From contig JBHGNT010000020.1 of NCBI GenBank assembly GCA_043228905.1, positions 10,664,001 to 10,728,000 of the forward strand: a DNA stretch of 64,000 nucleotides, in the 5' to 3' direction. This document shows positions 25,872-38,250 of this stretch, piece by piece. The notes under the pieces were generated by a model. It had not been told where the DNA came from, did not search any database, and worked only from the letters and a program-made list of their open reading frames with translations. Within the stretch, counting starts at the first letter, position 1. Each line of letters starts with the position of its first letter. A program made the position numbers and the translations under genes. The stretch comes from Azolla caroliniana. Lineage: Eukaryota; Plantae; Polypodiophyta.

Positions 25872-26060
25872 TTCTTTCTGATTCTGCTTCCTTTTTCTTC
25901 TTTCTGATTCTTCTTTCTGATTCTGCTTCCTTTTTCTGATTCTTCTTCTTTCTGATTCTTCTTTCTGATTCTGTTTCCTTTTTCTGATTCTTCTTCTTTC
26001 TGATTCTGCTTCCTTTTTCTGATTCTCCTTCTTTCTGATTCTGATTCTGCTTCCTTTATT
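25872..26060. repeat. Pyrimidine-rich minisatellite (TTCTGATTCTGCTTCCTTT variants) upstream of the CASPL gene
   Basis: Direct inspection. Confidence 0.85.
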
Positions 26061-26334
26061 CTTCAGTGCCTGGTTGGTTACTGACTTCCATGAATCCTGT
26101 GGAGGAGGTGGTGGAGGTGGTGGAAGAGGAGGAGGAGGAGGAGGAGGAGAGGAGGCTAATTTCCCGAATTAGCCCTCTTCTTTCTCAAAACTACACATCT
26201 GGCCCTCCCAATGTTTCTGCTACAATCATATGGTTATATGCCCCCCCCATTTGTCCATGTTCTTGAAATCCACACACACACAAGCCCAAACCCAGACCCA
26301 GACCCAACACCCAATACAGGGCTGAGCCCCATAT

Positions 26335-26543
26335 GGATGGATAGAATGGACTTGATTGATTGATGGATGGATGGATGGGCTTGATTGATTCATAAATGGA
26401 TAGATGGATTGAGAGACCGATAGACGAATAGATAAATAGACAAATGGATGGATGGAGAGACCGATAGATGAATAGATAAATAGACAAATGGATGGATGGA
26501 GAGACCGATAGACGAATAGATAAATAGACAAATGGATGGACAT

Positions 26544-26584
<41 letters not shown>

Positions 26585-26610
26585 CAGACAGACAAATGGA
26601 TGGATGAATG
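26335..26610. repeat. Compound GATG/GATA microsatellite with about 3 copies of a 44-bp unit
   Basis: gagagaccgatagacgaatagataaatagacaaatggatggatg repeats, plus (GATA)n at 26545-26590. Confidence 0.9.
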
Positions 26611-26713
26611 AATAGATGAGATAGGGTTTTATTATCATTGTCGACGATTGCATCTGACCTATGACACCGGCAATGTTAATGCTTTTCATGTGATACATGT
26701 GGAAGTGAGTAGG

Positions 26714-26763
<50 letters not shown>

Positions 26764-28752
26764 AAGCACACAATTATATTAATTGTAAGTAAAATCCACT
26801 TAGGTACAACACTTCTTAGTCTCCTCTACCTTATCATATGCCTATGTAGGGAGAGGGACGTTCTGTAATGCTAATAAAAAACCTGAATATGCATTTGAGG
26901 AAATGATCCCCACATGCTCTTAACATCAAGAAATTCCACATGAGATTACCTTTAAGCTTCTTTATATAGGCTTTCACCCCATGTCTATTATCAAACATAA
27001 AAGCATTATGCATTTTCCAATTGTGTTGTAGACCCCAATAACGTAAAAATTAGAACAATATCTCCATCTCATCATTTGAACCATTTTGAACATATTGAGA
27101 AAAAACCCATTGATGAGGTCTCAAACAACAATGGGTTAAAACTTGCCAAATGTCTAATAAGTACTTCCAAATGGTACACACTATAGAACATTTAATGAAC
27201 CTATGTGTATTATTCTCTCCAATGGAACGGTGCAAAAGAAACAAGTGTCGGACCCTAGTCCTCGTCTCTTTAAGGCTGAACCTAATGGGAGCCCACCAAT
27301 CATGACTCTCCATATGAATACCTTTGCACGAAATATGGTAGATGGGAATGCCAATTACATTGTAATATTTTCCACCACCTTGCATCGGGCTTACATACAT
27401 TCCACAACTTTGCTGCATTAGGAGATAGCCAAGATAATGATGCCATCGCATGATGATACAATATATGTATAGTGACCTGTAACAAGCGCGTACGATCTTG
27501 TAACCGCCAATCCACCCAAGGTGCAAAATTTGTTTTCAATGGCAAAGATCCTTGCAACAATTGTATATCTTGTAATTTCTCCCAAATAAACCCATAATTT
27601 GGGGGAATACATAACCATCGCTTGGCATCTTCAAAATCCGACAACCTTTGAGATTCATTATCAACCACATCTTCCAAATGTACAATCCCCAATCGAAATA
27701 AACGATTGAATTGAGATCTCAAGTTCTCTTTCCCATGCCAAAACAACACTCGAGAAGAAACAAGCGATTCATTTTGTAATGAATTACAATATTCTCGATC
27801 ACTTGATGGTCCCCATTCAAAAATAGATAATGCATCTTGCCACGATCTTATCAAATGTTGTCCACATACAGAATGTTGGATCTTTAGAGGAATACTTCCA
27901 TTGAGTAATGACCACCAGGATGCTTGAATCTTTGTTTTCCCATGCACCAATCCTTCATGCTCAATAAAATATTGCATCATAGATATCCCTGGTTGATCTT
28001 GTTGACATATATCTCGTAATAATGAAAATCTAAGAGCCATCAAATGCCTTTCCAAATCCAATATTGTTGCACCACCTAACCTTTTAGGGGTAGCCAAATG
28101 ATCCCATGAAATCCATGTAACTCCCATCATTTCTCCCTTCCGCCACAACATGACCCGAATAGGTTGTAAAATGTTTTGTAATGCCTTCTTAGTCCAAGGT
28201 AGTAAAGGCAAAAAATATAATAAGCCAGGTATCAAGATACATTGTACCACTTTGAGTCGTACATGAAAGGGCCATAATTGAGAGTTCCAATCCACAAATT
28301 TGTCCTTCAATTTACGACCAATCCAATCAATCAATTGAACATTTGTAACATCAACACCCAAATGTCGATAAATTGATCCTTGTGTAATCACTAACCCTCA
28401 CCATCCCAAACATTCCAAATCACTCTTCGTACAAGAAATAAGGCAAGACTTCCTCCAATGCTTGATTCCTAAAGCCAAAGCAATTTGATCCCAAACTTGC
28501 ATACTCCTTTCAAGATTTTCTTTTGAGGCTTGTAAAAACATAAAAGAATCATCAGCCAATGCTTGTGCTACCAATTGTTCACCAGAAGGAATATGCAAAC
28601 CCACAATATCATCATTAGCTGCAAGATTTGACAACATTACTAACAAAGGATGTGTAACAATAGCAAATAACAATGGGCTTAGTGGGCATCCTTGTCGCAC
28701 AAATCTAGTAAGAAACACTTTCGGAGTAACTCCGCCATTATGCATTACACGC

Positions 28753-30216
28753 TGTCGCGAAGTTTCGCGCACGTGTGTTACTTGGGTGGGACCACGGGGG
28801 TCTTGGACTAGGGAGTACTCAAGGGATAGAGAAGACCCGAGGTTTGCTTTACGACAATACTACTTCCTGACCCCTTCCCGAGCAAGGTCTTGTTGCCCTT
28901 TGTTTTGTGAGGCCGGTGGCTCTCGTTGATCACGATTTGTCGACCTTTTGAGATCACCGCACGAGCCAAGTGACCAAACGGGTACAAGCAAGATGAGCAC
29001 GCAACATGAACACACAAGGGGACGATAACACAAACACGAATGTTTGTACGTCTTTATGAGGAGGAGAGGTACATGGGCAAGCCCGAACGCTCCCTCGTCA
29101 CGAGACGACCGAACGTACAAGGAAGACACAAACACACACACACACACACACAAATGCTCGTACGCCTTTATGAGGAGGAGAGGTGCATGGGCAAGCCCGA
29201 AACGGTCCCTCGTCACAAGACGACCGAACGTACAAGGAAGACACAAACACACACACAAATGCTCGTACGCCTTTATGAGGAGGAGAGGTGCATGGGCAAG
29301 CCCGAACGATCCCCTCGTCACAAGACGGCCGAACGTACAAGAAAGACACAAACACACGCACAAACGCTCGTACGCCTTTATGAGGAGGAAAGGTGTATGG
29401 GCAAGCCCGAACGGTCCCCTCGTCACAAGATAGTCGAACGTACACGGAAGACACAAACACACGCACAAATGCTTGTACGTCTTTATGAGGAGGAGAGGTG
29501 CATGGGCACACCGGAAACGCTCCCTCGTCACAAGACGGCCAAACGTACAAGGAAGACACGAATAAAGAAAGAAGGAAAGAAAGAAACACGAATGATATCG
29601 ACCAAAGAGATAAATACGTGTTCGATTCCAATGCAAGAGGACCCTTTATAAAATAGGGTTTTGTTTACAATGACAACTTATAGTTAACCACAAGCTCAAT
29701 CAAAACATAAATATTAAATGCCCTTAGAGACAAAAGCAAATTCGAACACGGCGAAGATGAACACACGAGCACCACCAAAATGCCAATCCCAACGAACCAC
29801 GACCTCCCGAACGGCTCGCAACGACGAACGGGGCGAAGCAACGTCGAAGCAACGAAGCTTGGGCTCACGAGCACTTCGAGTGCCGACGCGAAGAAGACGA
29901 GCACGTGGCGATGGGGGGATGAAGGGGTATGAGATGAAGAGAAGTGGTGAATAAGAAGATGAAGAGCCCACTAACTCTCTCTTATATAATATATAATTTT
30001 ATCTCTATAAATTATTAGCCTATCTCCCCTCTACCTTTCATCTCTCCTCTCTCTTACTTTTTGCACGAGCTTCTATACCTCCTTTCCACCCTTTCTTTTC
30101 CTTTTTATTTTGCATATGCACAATTAATTGTCTTTGTGTGCACACATATTGCACATGCACATTTTGACCCCCCTTTCGCCGGTTTTTCCCACTCTCAAGC
30201 ACACCACATCACGACA
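28753..30216. mobile_element. Solo-LTR-like insertion, 1464 bp, with 4-bp TSD
   Basis: TGTCG...CGACA termini, ACGC on both sides (28749-28752, 30217-30220). Removing it restores the LINE frame LGQNATSR-VMHNGG. Confidence 0.9.
29029..29560. repeat. 5 x ~105-bp tandem repeat inside the solo LTR
   Basis: Unit contains ctttatgaggaggagaggtgcatgggcaagcccgaa...cgaacgtacaaggaagacacaaacac. Confidence 0.95.
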
Positions 30217-30975
30217 ACGCGAGGTCGCATTTTGCCCTAGCAAAAAGATAAGTCGACACATACAAGGACCAAACCCCATATTATACATCACACCTGAGAG
30301 AAAAGACCAATTAACATGATCATATGCTTTTTCCAAATCTAATTGCACCATAATCATTTCTTAATGTGTATGTCGAGCATAATCGGTAGCCATTTGAACA
30401 TTCAAAACATTATGCCATATATTTCTACCTGTAATAAAACCATATTGAGATGGATGAATAAGTTGAGGTAAGAACTTCTGAAGTCTGTTGGATAATATCT
30501 TTGCAAACACTTTGTATAACCCTACCATCAATGAAATAGGCCTCCATTAATGAAATGACTCTGGAGATGGTACCTTTGGTATCAATTTGATTAAGCCCGC
30601 CTTCCAACTCTCAAGCATGAAACCATAATCCCAACATGTTGAAACATTTGTGTGAATGGACTCTTAAGCTTGCCAACATACTTCTTAAAAACTTCATTTG
30701 TAACACCATCCCAACCAAGGCTTTTACCATTGGGAAGGTGTAACAATACCTTTTCCACCTTAGCTTCGTCCAAATCAACATCCAATTCTTGACAAATATT
30801 TGTATTCACAACACTCCCAATTACATTATAAAACTCTTGTCGTGCTTTCAACACATCCTCATTAATAATCGACTCTGGCTTAATCAAATTCTTAAAATGA
30901 GTAATACATAACTCAATAACCTTGATTGGGTCTACAACAATGTCATCCCCTATCTTAATTTGTACCACATTTGAA

Positions 30976-31020
<45 letters not shown>

Positions 31021-31291
31021 ATGTTCTCGAACTTTTAACTATTGATGATTGAATTCATTATCGCAATTGAAAGTGCATATTGTATTGTGACTTCGAGAAT
31101 AATCCGTGCAAGGATCGGGTTGGTTCGAAGATATGTGGAATGAGCGTAAATCACATGAGATAAAAGTAGAAGGTTGTATCAAAGTACAATACTCTTGAAC
31201 TCTTGGGCTTCTTTATGATAAAATGAGCACAATCGACCCCAATCTCCCATCTCACATCAAAGCTAAAGTGAAGTAAGATATCTATTGAAGT

Positions 31292-31616
31292 TAGGAGGTA
31301 GCAACGGCTCAGCTCAAGCCTCAACCAAGCCATTAAACCATTTTAAACAGTTTGACGGTTCGACATTGGTTTCATCCTCCTTAATCGGTTTAAGCTCGGT
31401 TTGGAAAGGTTCAAGAGGATTTGAATCGTTTAGGGCCGAACAGGTTAAGGCTTTAACTGTTTATCCAAACCAGTTCCTAACCTGGTTTAGCATTAACCGA
31501 CTAAACCTTAATTGAGCTAGGAATCGGTTTGGTTCAAGTTTGAAAACTCTCAAACTAGTTAAGGCTTAACTTATTTGGTTTGGACAATGCCAAACTCGAA
31601 CCGTTGCGGAATCCTA
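31292..31616. mobile_element. hAT-type MITE
   Basis: Imperfect TIR TAGGA....GCAACGG / CCGTTGC....TCCTA, degenerate 8-bp TSD ATTGAAGT/ATAGACGT, many AAACCG/CGGTTT subterminal motifs. Confidence 0.7.
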
Positions 31617-32313
31617 ATAGACGTGTTCCCCTATTTGGTGAAGAATATGGTTTTGTAGTTACATGTATAATATGTAGTATCATGTATTAATCATGAGCCT
31701 CCACCTTTTCTCCCATGTCTTAATGCATTGACATTTCAAAAGGCCATCGTTCACAAAGGAATTTCGGCCACTACCAAATCGAACAATCGGTTTGATTTTT
31801 CTTTGGTTCTTTTTTCGACTCATGCTCCTCTTCCTATCCGGAGGGGCATGTTTCCTAACAGTTTTTTTGTTCTATGCAAGCTTATTTTTGTAGGAAATAA
31901 TGAGATAGGCTATCCTTAATACGTGGGTGAATGATATAAAATGTTTCTATGGAGTAGTTGAAGATAAAATCAATCAGCAAGCAATAGAAAGAATGATTGA
32001 TTTATGTACAACGCCTCGAGACCGTCTTCATGTTTCCACCCTTCAATTATCTCTCTTTCTTATCCATTTTGTATATAGTGTTATGCCAATCATATATAAA
32101 GAATTGCCGATTTATGTACCACTCCATGAGACCCTCTTCATGTTTCCACCCTTCTATTATCGCTCTTACTCATCCATTTTGTATATAGTGTCATGCCAAA
32201 TTCCAATCATATAGAAATAAAAGGAATGGGGAGAACAATAGGCAATACTCGAACGGAGCTGGAAAATCAACAAAGAAAGCAAAAGGCTTACTTGAGAGAT
32301 ATAGACTAGTATC

Positions 32314-32570
32314 TAGGAATTCAGAACGGTTCGGTTTCGGCTTAACCAGTTTGGCCTTGTCCAGATCAAACAGATTAAGCTTTAACTGGTTTGGAAGTTT
32401 TCAAACTTGAACCAAACCGGTTCATAAACTGGTTAAGGCATAACCGATTAAACCTAATCCGGTTTATGAATCGATTTGGACAAACCGTTTATCCTTAACC
32501 GGTTTCGAGTTCGGCTTGAACCTTGTCAAACCGCCAAACCGTTTAAAAACGGTTTTGACATGAACCGAGC
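32314..32570. mobile_element. Second, inverted and partial copy of the same MITE family
   Basis: 32314 onward resembles the reverse complement of 31616 backward (shared agttttcaaacttgaaccaaaccg). Confidence 0.7.
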
Positions 32571-33093
32571 AGCAACGAAGGAATATCGAACAATCTACTG
32601 AACTTAGTCATGAAACTGGGAGTGTGCAGGGAAATAATGAAGAAAACGATTTTCTTCTTTAATCACTCTGTTAGTTTCATCTTTCACACACAAAATACAT
32701 CTCCATTGCACATCTAAATGGCACACAGTCTGGCAATGCGATTCATGACACTGGAGTGACACTACAGTTGGAAGCGACTGGATGGAAATAGGGTTGCAAA
32801 CAGGTATCATAATTTTCTTGTGTGTAAGAAATGGGGTCAATTTGTGACTCCAGTTTTTGAATTCAATGCATAATGGTTACAGGCATAACTTATACTCATA
32901 GAAAAACACACTGAAATTACTCAATTTGTTTCCCTCTTTGAACATTTCTTCGTAATTGCCAATCTGTAAACCTAATTTTCAAGGGTTTAATGTTTGTTTG
33001 TCATTTTACTTCACTAGGTCTAGTGATTTCTGGGCTCTTTAGATCGATTCGTTTATGTTGTTTCCTCTGATGGAAGTAGGATGAGAAGATCCC

Positions 33094-33403
33094 CAAGATG
33101 TGGCAGCAGCATATAGACCTTCAAGGACTCCTGCGATTAATGCAGATGATGATTACATCTATCGCCATGGCTACATATTCCATAGTTCTCCCGAGGCTGT
33201 AGAGTCTAAGCAATATGTGGTATCAACATCCAGGCTTTCCAGAGTTAACTCTTATTAAATTCAGATGATATGAAATGCAGAGATCGTCTGGGATATACAT
33301 ATTATACATCAACTGTGCTCAGCTTCAGCCTCATCAGGATGTCAAATTACGAGCTAGACCTTCCACAGCTAAATTTTAGTGCTGTAGATGATGATGATGA
33401 CTG
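33094..33403 (+). pseudogene. Decayed copy of the last repeat units of the gene at 2-3650
   Basis: Collinear with 3333-3650 (e.g. gaggctgtagagtct, aattcagatgata, ttttagtgctg), with small indels that shift the frame. Confidence 0.9.
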
Positions 33404-35375
33404 AGGACAAGGATCCATAACCCATTCATGATGAGGTCTGCAGCATACGTTTTGGGAGGAAGATGTAAACATTGATGAGTGTTTAAAGCTCATTTTACAC
33501 CTCCACCCAACTCTTTCTGTCATGCCTTGGACTGAACCTCTGTGGAATCGGAAACAGGGGATGATGAGCACACATGTACATTGTTGACCATGTTTAACCT
33601 GTAGAGAATTTACCTAACATAACCATGGTGTCTAGTGACTTACAGTGGCTCTCTACAGTGGGAATGTAATGTGTACAGCCTAATTAAAAGGCTGAGGATG
33701 ATACATGCAATACATTCAGAGAGTATACTTGAAGGTTGAATGACCATGTTTTAAACTCTTTCCATGAATTGAGTGTGTTTGGTATGTGTTGGATTCTCTG
33801 TAATACATCCATGGAATCCATTTTTGGCTTGTTTACAGTTCAGCTCATTTCATTTCAGCAATCTCGCGTACATGGTGGTCTCTCGGACATGTATAAAGGG
33901 GCATTGATCATGCATGGAAATTTGTTACTGAGTATTTATCCACTCCTGCACGTTGTCTAGGGATGGATGTAGAAGGATTGAGTAATCAGGACGAATCATG
34001 CTCTTGACAGAATCATCTACATAACCTTTTTTTTTAAATCTTAAATTAAGCTTCTCTTTATTAAATTTTTACAATACAGGTACATGTGAGTATTCATGTT
34101 GTATGTCAAAACCATGTAAATCAATGTTAGTGTTTTCTGAGGAAAGATTGTTGTCTTTTAAAATGGAATACATCATTTATTGCCTATTTTAAGAGATTCA
34201 ATTAAATCTATTTACAAAGCTAAGGTTCCGATCTCATTGCAACTGATATATTCCTATTGCAAATGACATGAGTGCATATTCAAAAAATTCTCCATTTCAA
34301 TAATAAAATTTTCAATCATAATTCATTGAGCCCTTCTAAATTACCCTAGTGAAAATGTCATTCATATATAACCAGACTGGTTACACTCAATCACATTAAT
34401 ATCTGTCAGTGACTGCTAATCACGGGCCTCTGGTGGTTGCGTAGTTCAAAGTTGTAATCATTGTGACATTTGCAATCGGTATACCATCCACTTGCCGGGG
34501 ATCAATGTGTACCACATTCTCAACATAGTGTATATAGTTTGTGTCTGGGTGGTTCTTGGTTGATGTGTTTAATTTTGTATTTCGTTTTTAGGGTTTTCAC
34601 ATTATCCAAATATGTGGTTTCAATACAGTTCAATCAAACTGCCAAATTTTGTATATATATATACATATATGCACACTTTGGGAGGAACATCCTCTTCAAT
34701 TAGATTTCTGTTGGCAAAATAAACACTTGAAACAATGATATGTCAGAAAACAGTGGCTATATTAGATTTTGCTAATAATGATGTTAACAAAATGTGTGGT
34801 TTCAACTTTCAATGAATCGAATCAATCTACCAAAATTCGTATGTATATCCAATATGGGAGGAACATCCTCTTCAATTAGACTTCTGTTTGCAAAATCTAT
34901 AATGTCAAAAACCACAGCCACTACTTTTGCGTATCTAACACAAATGTATGAGCATATAATCAAGGTACAGTATTTGATCTATCAACTTCAAGTCTTTGAA
35001 GACCATTGATCGAGCCATTGAGAGCTGCAAACGTGCAATGTATCATATTTACCAATTTCTCTTAAGGTCATGTCTAGGAACTTTGATTTGATATTGCTCA
35101 ATGCTAAATGATAAAATTGTTTCCCATGGTTGGTGCAAAGAAACTGCTTTACTGTACAAGAACCTCATATGTTTATCGAGCCCAAGAAGGTGATCAATGG
35201 ATTTAAGATTGAATATAGCATTATACAATAATGATGCTATAAAATTGAGATAACTTACTAATATGTATATATGTAAGTTGTTATCATTAACGTTTCCATG
35301 CGAAGAATGGAATTTAGCATTCAAAAGATATATACATAGTTCATATGAGATCAGAACCAGCTATTGCTGATGCTA
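33094..35375 (+). repeat. Diverged ~2.2-kb direct segmental duplicate of about 3333-5520
   Basis: Collinear anchors: taacccattcatgatgag (3661/33418), ggatgtagaagg, ttaagcttctct, ttgcaactgatatatt, catcctcttcaatta, aatttagcatt (5437/35311). Confidence 0.9.
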
Positions 35376-35626
35376 GAAACAACTACCAACCTTCCAGCAC
35401 TATACCAATCAAAATATTGGAAACAGATTACCACCCTTTCATCTCCTCACCTGGCATTTGGGACCGTGATTGCACACACTGTCATCAAAACTAGACATTT
35501 CTGTAACCATCTGAAGTGAACTATGATACATACCATGTGATAAGATTATCAGAATCTTTCCTTCACAAAAATCAGTGTCAACATCATATTGTACATCATG
35601 TATATTTACAACCCCGAAAATGCGAG

Positions 35627-37650
35627 TCATTTTGGCGGAGGTGCCCCAATGATGATGACCATGTAAATAAACAGAGTGAAAATAACACCAAATCCAGCCA
35701 ATGTGAATCGAGAATCTGTCCAAAAATCAAGTGTAAATCGCTCAGTTCTCTTGAGAGGATCAATTTCTTTTGACGGGGGATAGTCATTGTTTCTCGGGCT
35801 CCGACTCACATATTGCTCAACATCAAACATAGAGAGAAAAGATTTCTTGTTCTTTCTTTGCTTGTAGCTTGACCAAGCCTTATCCCAATCAACATCCTTC
35901 TCCCCTGGAAACAAAAATAGTTAAAATTTTAAGGAACTTCTACAATGACAGAAAGAAGTATGAATATGAGCACAACATCAAATCCTCGAATAACAGCCAC
36001 ACATATGTACACTGCCTAATTAAATCGTCAATCCAAATAGGAAAGGTGTCAAGCACATTCAAAGGGATCACTAAGCCAAAAATGTGTATATAGTTGAGCA
36101 ACAAGAACTTTTGCATTCACATGTTTACATGCATGTAATTTAGAACAAAAATTCACAAGAAATATCAGGTTAAAATATGTGTATACAGTTTCGTAAGGAC
36201 TTAATGCATTCATGTGTTTGTATGTGCATTCAATATATACAAACAAAAAACTTCATAAGGAAGTTCATAGACATCATCAAACTAAAAGATAAATCTATAG
36301 AAAGTAAGAAGGAATTGATACATTCACAGGTTTATGTAAACAAAGGCAAATAAGACACTTCCACATTACTCCATATAGAAGTTCACAGGCATCATCAAAC
36401 CAAAATGTGTGTATATTTATTTATTTATTTATTTATAGAGGACATTATATGCAGTTCTTTTCTTTCTTTCTAGACCAGTATATAAACAGAAACACACACA
36501 TACACACCAACAATATGACGTGATGCACATGACAATTACGTGATCACCTTTGCATTCTTTGAAGGCCAACGTTCAAATAAACATTTGCACAAAGAATCAG
36601 GAAGACATAATCAGCATGATGTTCTTTTCTTACTTGAAGACCAATATTACATGCATAGAAACATATTTCTGTTTCAATCAATTTGCTTTCTTTGAAGTCC
36701 AAATAGACAGAAACGCGTAGGAATACAATCAGTAAGACATTATGTGCAGGCTTTTAAATTCTTTGAAGAAGCATGTACAACTGCAATCATGAAGACATGA
36801 TGCAAATTATTTTGCTTACTTTGTAGACCAAGATACAGACAGACCATATAAAATTTACAGTGAAGCTTTAGATTTCGTTAAAGTTCCAGAAACGAATCAT
36901 ATGTACACACAATCAAGAAGACACGATGCAAAGCTTTCTTTGAAAAGCAATATACCTACAGAAACAATCAAAGAAGACATGGCACAGAGACTTGTGCTTT
37001 CCTGGAAGATCAGAATCGTTACAGAAACACATACGCATGCATGAACAGCCAAGCCATTCGCTTTCTCTGAAGTCCAAGAAAGACACGGAACCAAACACAC
37101 ATCATCAAGCCTTTGCTTTGACTGAATTCCATGAAACCGAGAGTACCACGTTCACATACAATCGAGAGAAGACATATCGCAAAGGATTTGGCTTTCATCA
37201 TTAAAAACCAAGAAACATGCGAGATTGACAACAAGAAACAGCAAGAATCACATAAACATACAATCAAGACGACATGAAATGCATCAGCTCGATCTATTAA
37301 TATCCTATTAGTCCTTCGAAGATAAAGATACAGCGATAATCGAATAAAGATAAGAACAAGAATGAGTTGTCTGTCACCTCTACTTTCTTCAGGGGTGTCT
37401 TCCGAACCATTTCCATTTCCTTTGGAAGTAGCGAGAGGGCAGAATTTCTCTCTAAAACGCAGAGAATTACATCTGTTTATGCTGAAGGAAGGAACCTGCA
37501 AGAATCGAGGTTGGAGATGGACATGGACCTTGAAAAGAATGGATCGATCGAAATCTCTCAAAATGAAGTGGGGGAGGGGGTGGGGGAGGAGGATCGTTTT
37601 ACCTGAGAGGAAGCAAAGAAGGAGATGGAGAGATCTGCGATGGCGAGCAT
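35627..37650 (-). CDS. Small plastid-targeted single-TM protein of unknown function, about 147 aa; exons 37650-37603, 37495-37378, 35904-35627
   Basis: GT-AG junctions in phases 0 and 1. Transit-peptide-like N-terminus. DWDKAWS...YVS..P....YP...EIDPLKRTER motif, recalled from conserved green-plant proteins. C-terminal TM helix. Confidence 0.8.
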
Positions 37651-37759
37651 GGCAAGAGGGTTGGCTCTCTCTTCACTACTGAATCAGAAGAAGATGATGG
37701 TGATGATGGTGATGACCATATATGTACATATGTGGTGTTTTTCCGGGGAATCTTGAGGT

Positions 37760-38250
37760 GCCCAAGATTCTGTGAGCATCTCCACGGGGGGTCCGGGTCC
37801 GGGACGACTCGTCGAGATTCTCCGAGAATCTTCACAGAATATGAATGGTGTCTTCACGGGTGTCGACACGAAGATCCATCAGGACTTACAAGAGCCATGC
37901 CCCATCGTGCCCCGTGGTCCCATGATGCTAGAGATTCTCTAAGGATATTCACGGGAGTCTCAAAGATCCATCACGACAGACGACATATGAGAGCCCATGT
38001 CCTAACGTGTGTCCCCCCTGAGTGGTCTCAAGATATAAGCGCCTCCTCAGTTCTCCTCTCCTCTCCTCGTGTGTCCATCGGGAATACCTGATGGGATTCT
38101 CTAGAAGATCCATCGAGATTCTCCTAGAATCTTCATTGGTGTCTTGAAGATCCATCAGAACTTGCGAAAGAGCCATGTCCTGGCGCGTCCCGTGAGTGAT
38201 CTCAAGATATAAGCGCATCAGCTCTCGTCTCCTCTTCTTGCGTGTCTCGG
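37760..38250. repeat. GC-richer imperfect direct repeats, probably a TE remnant
   Basis: gagattctc..agaatcttc, gaagatccatc, agagccatg and ctcaagatataagcgc (38027, 38201) recur. Confidence 0.55.

Larger units (their letters stand above)
26760..30978 (-). mobile_element. 5'-truncated degenerate LINE (L1/Tx1-like ORF2: RT plus zf-RVT), flanked by (CT)n on both sides and split by a solo LTR
   Basis: Motifs PNGKSLGWDG, LDLEKAYDHVNW, VRQGCPLSPLLF, LADD, YRHLGV, KRLGG, and a CFFC...H...C zinc finger at about 27250-27180. (CT)n at 26717-26759 and 30979-31017. Confidence 0.9.

Noticed and set aside
26191-26773. ORFs of 105-134 aa rich in LSIY/IHPS
   Set aside because: Translations of GATA/GATG and CT microsatellites.
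29029-29560. CRISPR-like or repeat-protein gene (ORFs of 129-258 aa)
   Set aside because: The units are contiguous tandem copies without unique spacers, there are no cas genes, and they lie inside a solo LTR. Open frames result from stop-free repeats.
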